Positions 39,101 to 47,867 of a stretch of 64,000 nt of DNA are shown here, in pieces; positions within the stretch are counted from its first letter, which is position 1, and each line of letters begins with the position of its first letter. Origin of the DNA: a virus; the IMG/VR virus record IMGVR_UViG_3300042867_001289, positions 64,049 through 128,048 of that record, one strand, 5' to 3'. A model generated the notes under the pieces. It worked only from the letters and a program-made list of their open reading frames with translations, did not search any database and was not told the origin of the DNA. Both the position numbers and the translations under genes were made by a program.

Positions 39101-40567
39101 AGGACCAGCAATATCAATAATCTGCTTAGAAATATTCGCAATCATATTAGCGATCATTGTCAAAGCAGGCATAATGTCAACCAGAATCTGCTTCATACCT
39201 TGAAACAACCGCTGCCCCTGAGCAAAAATCTTGCTTACAGCCTCACCAAAACCAACAAACTCACTTCTATTCTCAACAAGAATCGTACTCAAACTATTTA
39301 CCGACTCGCCAACGCCACCAAAAATCTGAGAAAAAATCGGCATAAAAGAATCAATAATAACCTGACCGCCCTTTTTAAGCGGCTCAAGGTACGCAACAAA
39401 ACTCCGAAACCCGTCCCTCAGCCCGCCACCCCACTCACCAATCTTCGACAAAAAACCTTCCGCTTTAGGCAAATAGTTACCAAAAAACGTGGCAGTCCAG
39501 TCAATCAGTTTCCGTGAACCCTCAACGAGACCATCAATAAAAGAACCCGAATCGTAGGCACGCAAACTTGCGCCGATCCGCAAAAGGCCAACACGAACAA
39601 ACCCAAAGATTTTATCAAAAGCAACTTGAAGTCCAGGAAGAAAACTTTGTCCCATATCAGCACCAAGACTGAAAATTTTGGTCACATACCCCTTGAGCTG
39701 ACCAAACAAAGTGTTGTTAACCCCATCCAAAAGGCCAACAACGTTCTTATTAAGTTTGCCTTCTTTCAAAGCGGTAAGAAACCCTTGCTCGGTAGTAGCA
39801 CCAAGTTTCTGGGCGTTCTTAATAGCGACCTCGAACTCGGAGCCAAGGTCACCGGCGTTTTTAGCCATTGTCCCAGTGATTTTGCCGTTCTTACGCAGCT
39901 CGCCTAGGAACGTTCCGGCAGCTGCCATACCTTTTTCCATGTCGCCAGAAGCGACAGCAAAGTCACCCAGAGCCTTAAGAGAACCAGCCATATCGCCGGT
40001 ATAAGAAGCGCTTTTGGTGATACCTGAGAAAGCTGCGCTCACACCTTTCAAACCAAACACTGCAAGATCAGCATCGGATTGAATGCTTCGCAAACCGCCA
40101 ATAGCCATCTGCTGCCTGTTACCAAGAGCCCCAGCTTGATAGTTCACGGCTGCCACAGCCCCCTGGTACTGGCGGTAAGCTGCAGCGCCTGTAGCGGCAG
40201 CAGCAGTGACAATAGCCATGGCTCCTGCAACACCCGCAAGGGCAAACTGCCAGGCTTTAGCTGCAGCAGCACCAACTTTAAAAGCCAGTGTGATTGCCAC
40301 TAGCCCGAGCGCGGCGATAGCTGTTTGAGCGGCAAAAGCTTTAAATATAAATGAAACAGTTTTATCTAGATAATCAGCAAATTTGCCAATTATTTTTCTA
40401 TTTACTTTAAACTGGCTGCCAAGCCTTTTATTTGACTTGTCAAGCCTATCTGTATCTTTTTCAAGGGCGTCGGCTTCCCGGCCCATCCGCATCAATGCCG
40501 CTGACGTTTTGTCAATTTCTTTAGTGTCAGCATCAATATCTATATCAATTTTGACTTTTTCAGCCAC
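36158..40567 (-). CDS. Tape measure protein with C-terminal Zn-peptidase-like domain
   Basis: 1469 aa, Ala/Gly-rich helical, TM segments, follows the chaperones; SDHATGNAYDL..HLHV near the C-terminus. Confidence 0.9.
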   Translation of the reverse strand: MAEKVKIDIDIDADTKEIDKTSAALMRMGREADALEKDTDRLDKSNKRLGSQFKVNRKIIGKFADYLDKTVSFIFKAFAAQTAIAALGLVAITLAFKVGAAAAKAWQFALAGVAGAMAIVTAAAATGAAAYRQYQGAVAAVNYQAGALGNRQQMAIGGLRSIQSDADLAVFGLKGVSAAFSGITKSASYTGDMAGSLKALGDFAVASGDMEKGMAAAGTFLGELRKNGKITGTMAKNAGDLGSEFEVAIKNAQKLGATTEQGFLTALKEGKLNKNVVGLLDGVNNTLFGQLKGYVTKIFSLGADMGQSFLPGLQVAFDKIFGFVRVGLLRIGASLRAYDSGSFIDGLVEGSRKLIDWTATFFGNYLPKAEGFLSKIGEWGGGLRDGFRSFVAYLEPLKKGGQVIIDSFMPIFSQIFGGVGESVNSLSTILVENRSEFVGFGEAVSKIFAQGQRLFQGMKQILVDIMPALTMIANMIANISKQIIDIAGPVAKLLFGGKKEPGEKSGGVMDQMQGMGGIAALLLGRQAVKSVGSQSSFAKGKGYSFWGGRGKSMGMPGSGGKGGPGGPGGGATSATTGTMTVNATTVNVNGGGTGSKFARGQGGGFSGSGGGSTAGVNKAPPPLTKGQQMAMKARGAASSAGNAARGALPFAMMAATPFMADEAQGSMMAGGMVGAMTGNPLLGGAVAGIGTAATAQTAKGGAIAGAIGGATGGAVIGAMIGSLFPGPGTVIGGVIGGLVGGIAGGIGGGAMGASNDEKSYKERNKLGREGITNSYMSSIYGGVAARETPEQIMQGLAAAPEQFNKLFSETGDSIYTKLYGDKGNGGGLADRIKTSEADRKAFIRKETGADDVDIESQKVGNKPEKSKKAIYESIEDAGKEFDDALTDGIKDFRDQRDVLLNSMVDSGLMTADTRKALQTQGLSADAPTKGQDDQASAKSFSKAQDRAADSATKVAGVLGGYFKYNLDNLSQASGKTEEEILKLSDSMGLNLYDATLTAVDGLEKLGLAIPKTIDELNESMRKASFEGIARVFDEVFAPQKAQEAINQGGEDIRNTQGPLSDEQKRTFQQTVAEQAMNLFPDDVFAAQAYFVKQMGPNSPQWNNPDGPLYGRRKEFQAPENKKAYDAVNEVFRTSQEDAARGQVVASLEARSGQTLTGPGAEALQKYLDTATTEQLKFITTQGLKVTQETTKEQRDAAKLLGPDAGKATADFLIAGLGIDVDLATTLDTAQGAQERLYNSLNAQQRAIVDATQLGVKTGFSNPPAWYTKNPGWYDGLVANGTIKPAAPFNLPVSGGYDVGGDYEYINGNRNPLYDPNAKVGEADTASSRLQRTMSKHNQLDGGIAGKRSVVSSLRTDGLGSINSDHATGNAYDLTGQNLGAYQQLTQDNGGFAEFHNAGGRHLHVVPGAGAPVGDTQMPIVSPTTAPAMIGNSGTYNFNITAGPNASPEEIARAVETIINRKTRSRKERI

Positions 40568-40605
40568 TAGACCTACCCCCCATCAAAGGGTCAAAAGAAG
40601 TTTTG

Positions 40606-40785
40606 CTATCTTTCATTACGCTTACGCTCAGCTTCAGCGTCAGCTGAAGTAACTTTAGCGCACGCTAAAAGGATAGCCCACTCATCATAGGTTTTATCTA
40701 GTAGATCTAGGGGGCTGCAGCCATAAGCCTTAGCAAGCCTAGCCGAGGTGATGATCCAAGGATGCTCCTGAAGCTCCGCGATCAC
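40606..40785 (-). CDS. Second tail assembly chaperone ORF (gpT-like; not in the ORF track)
   Basis: Read by hand: VIAELQEHPWIITSARLAKAYGCSPLDLLDKTYDEWAILLACAKVTSADAEAERKRNER; lies in the -1 frame relative to the upstream TAC. Confidence 0.75.
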   Translation of the reverse strand: MIAELQEHPWIITSARLAKAYGCSPLDLLDKTYDEWAILLACAKVTSADAEAERKRNER

Positions 40786-41324
40786 CTCACTGTAGGGTCC
40801 ACCTGCTCTTCCGAACCAACATCATCGCCATAACCAGCACGATCCATAATCGCAAGAGCCGCAGCCTCAACGTGAGGATCAATACCAAAGAAAGCAATCA
40901 CACAATCAGGAACCGGAACCTGCGTATCAGTCATTTCGAGAAGCTCACGAGAAGCAAAAGAAATCGAAGCACCTTCAGCGTTCGTTACTTCTTCACCATG
41001 CAAAAAGATACCAGTAGTAGTCGCAGCAATAACACGAGCGGCGAACTTAGTAGCATCCATACCATCCTTAGTATTATCACCAGCCTGCTTACGCCACTGC
41101 TTCATCTGCGACTGCTGAACATTAGGAGAAACCCTAACAGTAACACCAGGGCGTTCAGGCACCTCAATAAAAACGTCCTGACGGCGAATATGCTTAGAAA
41201 CAACTTCACTCAACTGCTGAAGCAGATTCTGCTCTGCAGCTGAGTCTGCAGCTAGTTCTGCGGGTGGCTCGACCACATTCTCAGACTTAGGAGAAATGGA
41301 ACCGTACTCGTATGTATCATTCAT
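40782..41324 (-). CDS. Tail assembly chaperone (gpG-like)
   Basis: Between tube and tape measure; ends VDPTVR. Confidence 0.75.
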   Translation of the reverse strand: MNDTYEYGSISPKSENVVEPPAELAADSAAEQNLLQQLSEVVSKHIRRQDVFIEVPERPGVTVRVSPNVQQSQMKQWRKQAGDNTKDGMDATKFAARVIAATTTGIFLHGEEVTNAEGASISFASRELLEMTDTQVPVPDCVIAFFGIDPHVEAAALAIMDRAGYGDDVGSEEQVDPTVR

Positions 41325-41331
41325 AATGCCG

Positions 41332-41360
41332 ACTATATCAACAAGCCGAGACCATGTAAA
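41332..41360 (-). promoter_or_regulatory. SigA-type promoter upstream of the tail chaperone
   Basis: TTTACA-17 nt-TATAGT; ATG begins 8 nt after the -10 box. Confidence 0.55.
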
Positions 41361-41420
41361 GACGCACTGAGATAAAAATCTTGACGACTGGGATGCTTAG
41401 ATTAAAAACATCTCAGTCTG

Positions 41421-41894
41421 TCAGATCGCAGTACCAGCAGTAGTCCTACCCGAAACTTCGCTAACCGAGAAAGTAAGCGAAAAAGTTGCAGGAGCACCAG
41501 AAGAAGCATCACCCTCAGGCTCAGTCACACCGACAAGCAAAGCCAAAGGATAAACACGCTCAGTGCCAAAAACCTTCAAATCGCAATTCAGGTCAAAAAT
41601 GTTCAGATTATAATAAACTGAACCAACCATCTGACGGACAAGCTTCAAAGCCTCACCATCACGATTTGGATCATAATGACGGGTTACCGTCATATCACCA
41701 ATCTCAGCCGGAGCGCAAAGCGTCTCAGGGAACTTCGCCCCACCGTCATAAACCTTTTCCACAGATGCGGTAATTTCACCACCAGACACCTGAGCAAAAT
41801 AGCCATTAAACTTAGGGCCGGTAGCTACAGCACCATTCTTAGATCCTGGTGCAATTTCGGCGACAACCTGCCGCTGCGCAATCTTATTTGACAT
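41421..41894 (-). CDS. Tail tube protein
   Basis: FAQVSGGEI..GDMTVTR..PEGDASS..FSLTF; follows the sheath; GGAGG RBS. Confidence 0.85.
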   Translation of the reverse strand: MSNKIAQRQVVAEIAPGSKNGAVATGPKFNGYFAQVSGGEITASVEKVYDGGAKFPETLCAPAEIGDMTVTRHYDPNRDGEALKLVRQMVGSVYYNLNIFDLNCDLKVFGTERVYPLALLVGVTEPEGDASSGAPATFSLTFSVSEVSGRTTAGTAI

Positions 41895-41905
41895 TTTTCC
41901 TCCGG

Positions 41906-43366
41906 TCAGACAACGCTACTAGTCAAATTGGACTTGATTACATCAATTTCGATGCGATCGCCAACACTGGACACACGGACACCGACCTTAGCTTTCACGA
42001 TGCCATCAGCTAGTTGCGTAATTGGATTAAGAGCATCAGAAACCTCAACCGAATAACCAGCATCAATTTGACGCCCATCATCAGCGAAACCTTCATAAAG
42101 GCCGCCAGCAGAACGAATAGGCTCAAGGATGCTTATCAAACGTGCCTCAACCCGACCAAACACTGAACGGCGACCATCAATAGTCGAAAACACAAGATCT
42201 TCAAGAGTGCGATTAGCCTCAGAAGCAATGTAGTTCAAAGTATCACGAGCCGTGATATACCGGAAATTGTCGGTATCAGTCGAAGCAGAACGGGCACCAT
42301 AAATTCGCACCGTATTCTGGATGACCCGAATAGCGTTAATCCCAGCATCATCCAAGCTGTCACCGAAAGGTTTAGGAGTCGCCACCGAAATACCCGTTAC
42401 GAAATCGGCAGAAGAAATGATACCCGCAGCAGCCTGCCAAGCACCAAACTCGTTATGAGCCCTTGACCGCTTTGCAGCAACATACCCCTCAGGAGGAATC
42501 GTAAGCGAAACCCCACCAGCAGCAGGAATCGTCACATACGGGTAATAGAAAGCCGCATTAGCACTATCAGGGAGCTCCCGAATAGTAACAATCGCAGCCT
42601 CAGCGTCACCCACATTTACGATACTCGGATCCATTCCCAAAAGAGCAATCCGGTTATTTACCGAACCATGCTCCAGGATCGCCTGATAGATAATGGCAGA
42701 AAACTGTCCGGGGACCGAAACAGCGCCAGCACCATAAGCAATATCAAACAATTCAAGCGAATCAATATAATCCTGATCGACCAGAGCGTCACCGCTCTCC
42801 GCCCCCTCAGCAAGAGGAGTCTCAGATACCTGAGCCAAAGTCGCCGAAGCGTTCAAAGAAGTCGCACTCACATACAACTTAGCAATCTGAGAAGTATTAA
42901 TCTTCGAAACAACCTCAGAAACATTAGCTACGAGATTAGTTGAATAGACAAGATCGCCATCATCATAAAGACGAACCGTAAACTTCGGTGCAGCAGTCAA
43001 CGAAGTCGTAGACGAAACCGTCAAAGTGTCAGACCATGCACCAGCATTCGCCGCCGTAAGCCGCAAAGCCGCCACATCATCATCGTCAAGCAGTTCAAGG
43101 ATGCCAACGTCTTCAGCGTTCGAAACACGAACAACATACGCCTGAGCCCCACCCTCCTCAAAGAAAGTCTGAAGCTGCTGATACAAAGTGAAATTCACAT
43201 CATACCCGCCATAAATCGATACAAACGACTCAAGCGAAAGCACCCTGCGGGCCACATCAAGTGGGCCACGCTTCGAGGTCCCAGCAACAAAAAATGTTGA
43301 CGCAGGAGCGATATTGGTTGCAGTGGGAGCACTGCGAACCGCGGTGTTAACGACTACACCCGGCAT
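41906..43366 (-). CDS. Contractile tail sheath protein
   Basis: MPGVVV..FFVAG.SKRGP; AAFYYPYV..PPEGYVA; GINAIR..RIYGARS. Confidence 0.95.
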   Translation of the reverse strand: MPGVVVNTAVRSAPTATNIAPASTFFVAGTSKRGPLDVARRVLSLESFVSIYGGYDVNFTLYQQLQTFFEEGGAQAYVVRVSNAEDVGILELLDDDDVAALRLTAANAGAWSDTLTVSSTTSLTAAPKFTVRLYDDGDLVYSTNLVANVSEVVSKINTSQIAKLYVSATSLNASATLAQVSETPLAEGAESGDALVDQDYIDSLELFDIAYGAGAVSVPGQFSAIIYQAILEHGSVNNRIALLGMDPSIVNVGDAEAAIVTIRELPDSANAAFYYPYVTIPAAGGVSLTIPPEGYVAAKRSRAHNEFGAWQAAAGIISSADFVTGISVATPKPFGDSLDDAGINAIRVIQNTVRIYGARSASTDTDNFRYITARDTLNYIASEANRTLEDLVFSTIDGRRSVFGRVEARLISILEPIRSAGGLYEGFADDGRQIDAGYSVEVSDALNPITQLADGIVKAKVGVRVSSVGDRIEIDVIKSNLTSSVV

Positions 43367-43459
43367 AGACTTTCCTCCAACCTCATATGTGAATCGGCTA
43401 CCGTAAGTCGAGGCATGAGACAGAGTTTACAGAGAGCAAACGTCCTGCAGTGTAGGTTA

Positions 43460-44068
43460 TTAAAAGTTTGGATCAGCCGGTGTCGGCAAAGGCAAACTTT
43501 CAATATCAAAAGATTCTAATTCTGCGATACCACGCCTGGAAACCGTCTCCTGCAAACTCAGATCATAACCAAGATAAGCCCCAGCCATAACCCGCTCACC
43601 TTTCAAAGGAGTCAAATCAGACCACTCCTCAGTAAGAGAACCCTCTTCTAACAAAACATCCCTATCCTCAGTATCAGCATACGTTAAACATGGGTAATCC
43701 AAAAGAGCGGACCGTACAACAGTCGTCAAATTATCTCGGGTTTTAGTACAAATCTCAGGACTATCACCACGACACCAAATGTAAGTACGAGTAGAATAAG
43801 TAACCTTATAAATAGGGTCACCATCTATCTCATAATCAGAACGCAAAAACGTCTTAGTGCTTGTCACGATTGTATGAATCGAAGGCCAGGCATCAATAGC
43901 GACCGGCTCGTAATCAAGATATTTGACAGGCTCAGGGAGCAACTCGTCATCAAGATTCCAGGCGTTACGATACAACTGCAATCTGCTAGGCAGATCCGCT
44001 TGAAGATAACTCGTAACGAATTCCTTTGCCACACGAGGGCCTTGCATGGGTGACCATTCAATAGTCAT
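43460..44068 (-). CDS. Tail completion/terminator protein
   Basis: Position immediately upstream of the sheath; WPSI.. pattern. Confidence 0.65.
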   Translation of the reverse strand: MTIEWSPMQGPRVAKEFVTSYLQADLPSRLQLYRNAWNLDDELLPEPVKYLDYEPVAIDAWPSIHTIVTSTKTFLRSDYEIDGDPIYKVTYSTRTYIWCRGDSPEICTKTRDNLTTVVRSALLDYPCLTYADTEDRDVLLEEGSLTEEWSDLTPLKGERVMAGAYLGYDLSLQETVSRRGIAELESFDIESLPLPTPADPNF

Positions 44069-44496
44069 TTTCCGAACAAGGTTCCTCTCACGATATGGCT
44101 CGCAGCAGCATCCCCAACTTGTTTAGCAAAACCAGCAGGTTCAAAAAGTATTTTACGTTTAGCCATCTTAGTTGTCCCATACTGGTGAAACTTTGCGTAT
44201 TCTACATTGGTTCCAAATGATGCCGCCTGCGGACTAATAGTATTTTCTGGACCAGATAAAGTCGAAACCGAGTTAAAAAGATTTCCTGTACGGCGCATAA
44301 TCGGCCATGCGTAACGATCCTTACGGGGGCTCCACCCTCCAGAAGGAAGCCCGCTCGAAGTGAAATTCTCGGCATTAGACAGAGCCAATACGCCTTTAGC
44401 GTAAACAAAAACGCCAACATAGTTTAAAGACCTGGCTCTCATCAAAGCCAGTTGTTTTTGGGCTTTAGCTGAGTCGTAATCAACTTTTATTTTCAT
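44065..44496 (-). CDS. Virion morphogenesis/neck protein (Mu gpG/P2 gpS-like)
   Basis: RTGNLFNS..FGTNVEYAKFHQYGTTKMAKR. Confidence 0.85.
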   Translation of the reverse strand: MKIKVDYDSAKAQKQLALMRARSLNYVGVFVYAKGVLALSNAENFTSSGLPSGGWSPRKDRYAWPIMRRTGNLFNSVSTLSGPENTISPQAASFGTNVEYAKFHQYGTTKMAKRKILFEPAGFAKQVGDAAASHIVRGTLFGK

Positions 44497-45152
44497 CAGC
44501 CGACCTGTTTACGCCGAAAATTATCAACAGATTTTAATTCATCCTGAGTAAACCCAGTGCTCATAGGAGAAACATCCTTAGGGTTCAAATCCTTAATCCC
44601 CACAACATCATCATGCATATTCTGGGCTTCACGCGAAGCAGCACGAAGGATGAGAAGCTTAAAGATTTTGACACTAGGCCCATCAAGGCCAGCAACATAA
44701 GTGACTTCTACAAAATCGTTAGACCAAACATTGTAAAGATCAATTCCAAAACGTGAACTGATATAATCAACACCAGGTACCTGAGCCACAGCTGAAGCAC
44801 CCAGCGATGGTGCGGTCACAGTCACAGAGCTAACAGAAAGAACAGGGGTGTTTCGGAAATATACTGTTATCGGAGGGCTTAACAGCTGCGCAGGAGATTG
44901 TACGGCAGAGGTTTGCCCACCATAGGGGCCAGTAGGTCCAAGACCGTACAGGGTTAGGGAACCTAAAGGTAAAGGTTCTTCAGCTATTGACAACCGGTAC
45001 GTTTCAGTGAACTCGGTTATCTCAAGAGGCTTTCCTATAAAAGATTCTAATTCTGATTGCAAACCTTCAAGGATGTAACCAGCAGCAATTTTTTGCCTAT
45101 TAGAAAAGGAAATGTCCATGTAGTTCTGGAGGTCTGAGACCTCTACGAGCAT
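44496..45152 (-). CDS. Head-tail adaptor (gp6-like)
   Basis: LVEVSDLQNYM..LESFIGKPL..PVLSVSSV..VEVTYVAG. Confidence 0.8.
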   Translation of the reverse strand: MLVEVSDLQNYMDISFSNRQKIAAGYILEGLQSELESFIGKPLEITEFTETYRLSIAEEPLPLGSLTLYGLGPTGPYGGQTSAVQSPAQLLSPPITVYFRNTPVLSVSSVTVTAPSLGASAVAQVPGVDYISSRFGIDLYNVWSNDFVEVTYVAGLDGPSVKIFKLLILRAASREAQNMHDDVVGIKDLNPKDVSPMSTGFTQDELKSVDNFRRKQVG

Positions 45153-45166
45153 GTCAGTCCTAGATT

Positions 45167-45601
45167 CTAGCGACGACGGCCACGGCCACGACCGCCTGTA
45201 CCGACTCCGCCTGCTGCCGCACGAAGAGCGCGAGCTGCACCACGGCGAATCCGGTTGACGATATTAGGCCTACGGCTTGTAGCCCTATTAGTGTTAGGGG
45301 TAGAAGCAACATCAGCGGAAGCTGTTCCTGCTCGGCGTGCGGCAGCAGCTCTAGCCTGACCACGCTGAATTCTCCCAGCGCCCGTATTAGTCACACCCGC
45401 ACGAGCCAAACGCTCATCACGACGGGCAAGACCCCTACGACGAGAACGCTCATTCTCAATAAAGTTAAAACGATCACGAAGACGTCGACGTCGCGCAGGA
45501 CGAGGATTACGACGAACAGCCAAATCTTCGGTACCAGTCCGGCTAGGCCGAGTACTCAATTCCCTATCACGGATATCAACTGGATCGATATTGCAAATCA
45601 T
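45167..45601 (-). CDS. Arg-rich basic protein (protamine-like)
   Basis: ATG 45601 with GGAG RBS; about 39 Arg and no Lys in 144 aa. Confidence 0.7.
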   Translation of the reverse strand: MICNIDPVDIRDRELSTRPSRTGTEDLAVRRNPRPARRRRLRDRFNFIENERSRRRGLARRDERLARAGVTNTGAGRIQRGQARAAAARRAGTASADVASTPNTNRATSRRPNIVNRIRRGAARALRAAAGGVGTGGRGRGRRR

Positions 45602-45707
45602 AAAAACTCCCAAGATTCTATGCAATAGCCGAAACACGCCACGCATAACCGGACTAAGGCTAAAATCAAACTTTACTGCCAAAAAGGGTTACCATAGTTG
45701 AGGTTTT

Positions 45708-46250
45708 CTACTTATCGGCATTAGGTGGCCTCTCGATTACCGGAACCACAGAAGTTGCACCAGCCGGAGCTTCGACAGGAATCCAAGCCGGAGAATAAGA
45801 ATAATCAGAAACTTTACGCTTCTTAAACAACGTCCCATCTAACATGAGCTCAAACTCGTCAGAAGACATCCTAAGCAAAGTTTTCAACTCCCCATCTTCC
45901 CACCGCCCAGACCTAATCAACTTCTGAACCAAACGAGAAACCTGCTTAGCGTGAGGAACACCCCTAGAACGATTCAAACGAAAATGCATAGCCATAGCGT
46001 CAAGCTCGTCAACATCAACGATCTGCACCGGCACATAATCACCTAAAACAGCACGAACCTTCTTAGAATCAGCAACTTGCAAACGGTAACTGCCATCAAT
46101 CACAGTCCCATTCTCCATAGCAATAAGAGGCTGAAGCCAACCATATTCGATCAACGAATCCGTCAACAAACGGACATCTGGACGCAAAAGATAATTTGCC
46201 CGCCACGACGGCGGCTTCAAAGAAGTTATAGGCATAGAAACAATATTCAT
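45708..46250 (-). CDS. ParB/Srx-fold protein, IbrB-like
   Basis: LTDSLIEYGWLQPLI..VIDGSYR..HFRLNRSRG. Confidence 0.8.
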   Translation of the reverse strand: MNIVSMPITSLKPPSWRANYLLRPDVRLLTDSLIEYGWLQPLIAMENGTVIDGSYRLQVADSKKVRAVLGDYVPVQIVDVDELDAMAMHFRLNRSRGVPHAKQVSRLVQKLIRSGRWEDGELKTLLRMSSDEFELMLDGTLFKKRKVSDYSYSPAWIPVEAPAGATSVVPVIERPPNADK

Positions 46251-47413
46251 TTTTGATCATCCTGTATATCTAGGGCGTCCAACTCGGCGTCCTGTTGAGC
46301 GGCTTGCATCCTTAACGTATGGGCACGAGTTTTCGGCCCAACAGGATTGACCGACTGTCCTGAAAAATGATTTAACAAAAGGTTACGCACCAACCATTCA
46401 AGCGGATACGAAACAGGATCACGAGCATACTTTTTGCGGAATTCGGCAGAATAAGACATAGCCCGACCCCTGATCCCAGGGGTTAACATGTTCTCATCTA
46501 TGCAAGCGCGAACGCCGTCCCACCCGCCAGCAGCGTAATCCGCTATCTGGGTTTCGATATCGTAATCCTTCCACCAACGCCACTGGGCGTCGATCTGCGG
46601 AAAACATTCAACTAACCGATCATAAAATTCTGGTTCGGTCACAACAACGTCGTTAAGTCTGCGAATAGCAACAGAATGCAAAGGGATACCCACACGGGTG
46701 TTGGCACCAGTGACAGCGGCGACATCATAATATTCGCAATAGCTGGCACCGTGTTCTTCGACAACAAACTTTAGGACATCGTCGGTTGTCCAATCGTAAA
46801 TGACTTTAGCGAACCGTAAAGGTATCGACTTTTTCATCTTGAATGGGATGACGATATAATTTTCGTGGAGTTTCTGGACACAGGATCGGTAGCGGATCAT
46901 GGATTCGTTTGCTCGAACACCTGTGACGAAAGCAACCCGACCTTTTTTGCCTTGCATTGTGTAATAGTCGATTGATTCGGTTAAAGCTTCGTTAGGGTCC
47001 AACCCGAAGTCTTCGGCGGTGATAGCGCCTTTGGGCATATCGCGGACTAGTCGCCCTTCGGCTTTGCGGGCACCTGACCACAACAGAATATATTCACGGC
47101 GTCCCAGAGTCCAAAGCTCGCTCCCGTAGGGCAGGCAGTACCATTCCATGTTTACCCAGTCGTATGAAGCGACTTCTTCGATGAAACTGATTGTCATCGG
47201 GGAAACCATTTCTTCATCCCGAAAAATACAATTTACTGGCCCGAGGTTTCGTTCTTCATGTATTTCTTTAGCGAGGTATAAAACGGCTGTGGAGTCTTTG
47301 CCACCGGAGAATTGGATGCATACAGTGTCGAACGTGTCGTATACATGCCGTAGCCGTTCTCTTGCAGCGTCAACACAAGTTATGTCATCTAAAAACATTC
47401 TTTGTCTAGTCAT
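46247..47413 (-). CDS. PAPS-reductase-family PP-loop protein, IbrA/DndC-like
   Basis: DAARERL, FSGGKDS, FRDEE, WYCLP, VTGVRANES.IR, IYDWTTDDV. Confidence 0.88.
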   Translation of the reverse strand: MTRQRMFLDDITCVDAARERLRHVYDTFDTVCIQFSGGKDSTAVLYLAKEIHEERNLGPVNCIFRDEEMVSPMTISFIEEVASYDWVNMEWYCLPYGSELWTLGRREYILLWSGARKAEGRLVRDMPKGAITAEDFGLDPNEALTESIDYYTMQGKKGRVAFVTGVRANESMIRYRSCVQKLHENYIVIPFKMKKSIPLRFAKVIYDWTTDDVLKFVVEEHGASYCEYYDVAAVTGANTRVGIPLHSVAIRRLNDVVVTEPEFYDRLVECFPQIDAQWRWWKDYDIETQIADYAAGGWDGVRACIDENMLTPGIRGRAMSYSAEFRKKYARDPVSYPLEWLVRNLLLNHFSGQSVNPVGPKTRAHTLRMQAAQQDAELDALDIQDDQK

Positions 47414-47442
47414 ATCAAACTTTCGGTAAGAGTATTTTGATT

Positions 47443-47799
47443 TTAAGAAACTTTGGCGTCTTCACGCCGTTTTAGCTGCCGTGCAACCTTTTTGCAATTG
47501 CTATCACAGTACAGGTGGCTTGTATTTTCTTGCTTGAAAGGAATTCCACAGGATTTGCAAGGCTTGTACCCTTGGGGTGCTTCTGAGTTCATGCGTTCTT
47601 TGGGTCCTAAACCACCAAAGATTCCAAAACGTTCGTACCTGTTTTGTTCTAAACATTCGAGTTGGACTGTGCAGGTAGCGCAAATCTTTTTCGCTTCAAT
47701 AACTTTTTGATGTTTTACTGGTTCGGGGTCTTCTAGGTCGAAAAAGAATACGCTAGTATTTATCCCGGCACATTTTGCCGAGGATTGCCAGTTTGACAT
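47443..47799 (-). CDS. whiB: WhiB-family regulator with extra C-terminal Zn-finger
   Basis: WQSSAKC..FF..AKKICATCTVQLECL..GIFGGLGPKER; CKSCG..YCDSNC. Confidence 0.9.
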   Translation of the reverse strand: MSNWQSSAKCAGINTSVFFFDLEDPEPVKHQKVIEAKKICATCTVQLECLEQNRYERFGIFGGLGPKERMNSEAPQGYKPCKSCGIPFKQENTSHLYCDSNCKKVARQLKRREDAKVS

Positions 47800-47829
47800 G
47801 GGTACTCCTAAATACGATAAGTAGCTTAT

Positions 47830-47858
47830 AGCGTACCGCTGTTAACGGACATTTGCAA
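47830..47858 (-). promoter_or_regulatory. SigA-type promoter for the whiB/ibrA-like/ibrB-like genes
   Basis: TTGCAA-17 nt-TACGCT, then AAGGAG RBS. Confidence 0.55.
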
Positions 47859-47867
47859 ATTTGTGGG

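Noticed and set aside
38684-39517. 277-aa plus-strand ORF and similar antisense ORFs (e.g. 34138-34617, 29884-30399, 55207-55887)
   Set aside because: Antisense to clear structural genes; the low-complexity Thr/Pro/Arg content is explained by strand skew or codon structure
41366-41418. Imperfect inverted repeat (ACTGAGAT..ATCTCAGT) after the tube gene as an ncRNA or terminator
   Set aside because: Interrupted stem and no clear U-tract; could be a weak attenuator but cannot be supported
31266-43366. Sheath/tube/baseplate cluster as eCIS, tailocin or T6SS
   Set aside because: Accompanied by capsid, head-tail connectors, long tape measure, RNR and lysis genes, so it is a bona fide phage
46247-47413. 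Auxiliary sulfate-assimilation gene cysH
   Set aside because: Length, motifs and the coupled ParB-like partner fit the IbrA/DndC-like branch rather than CysH
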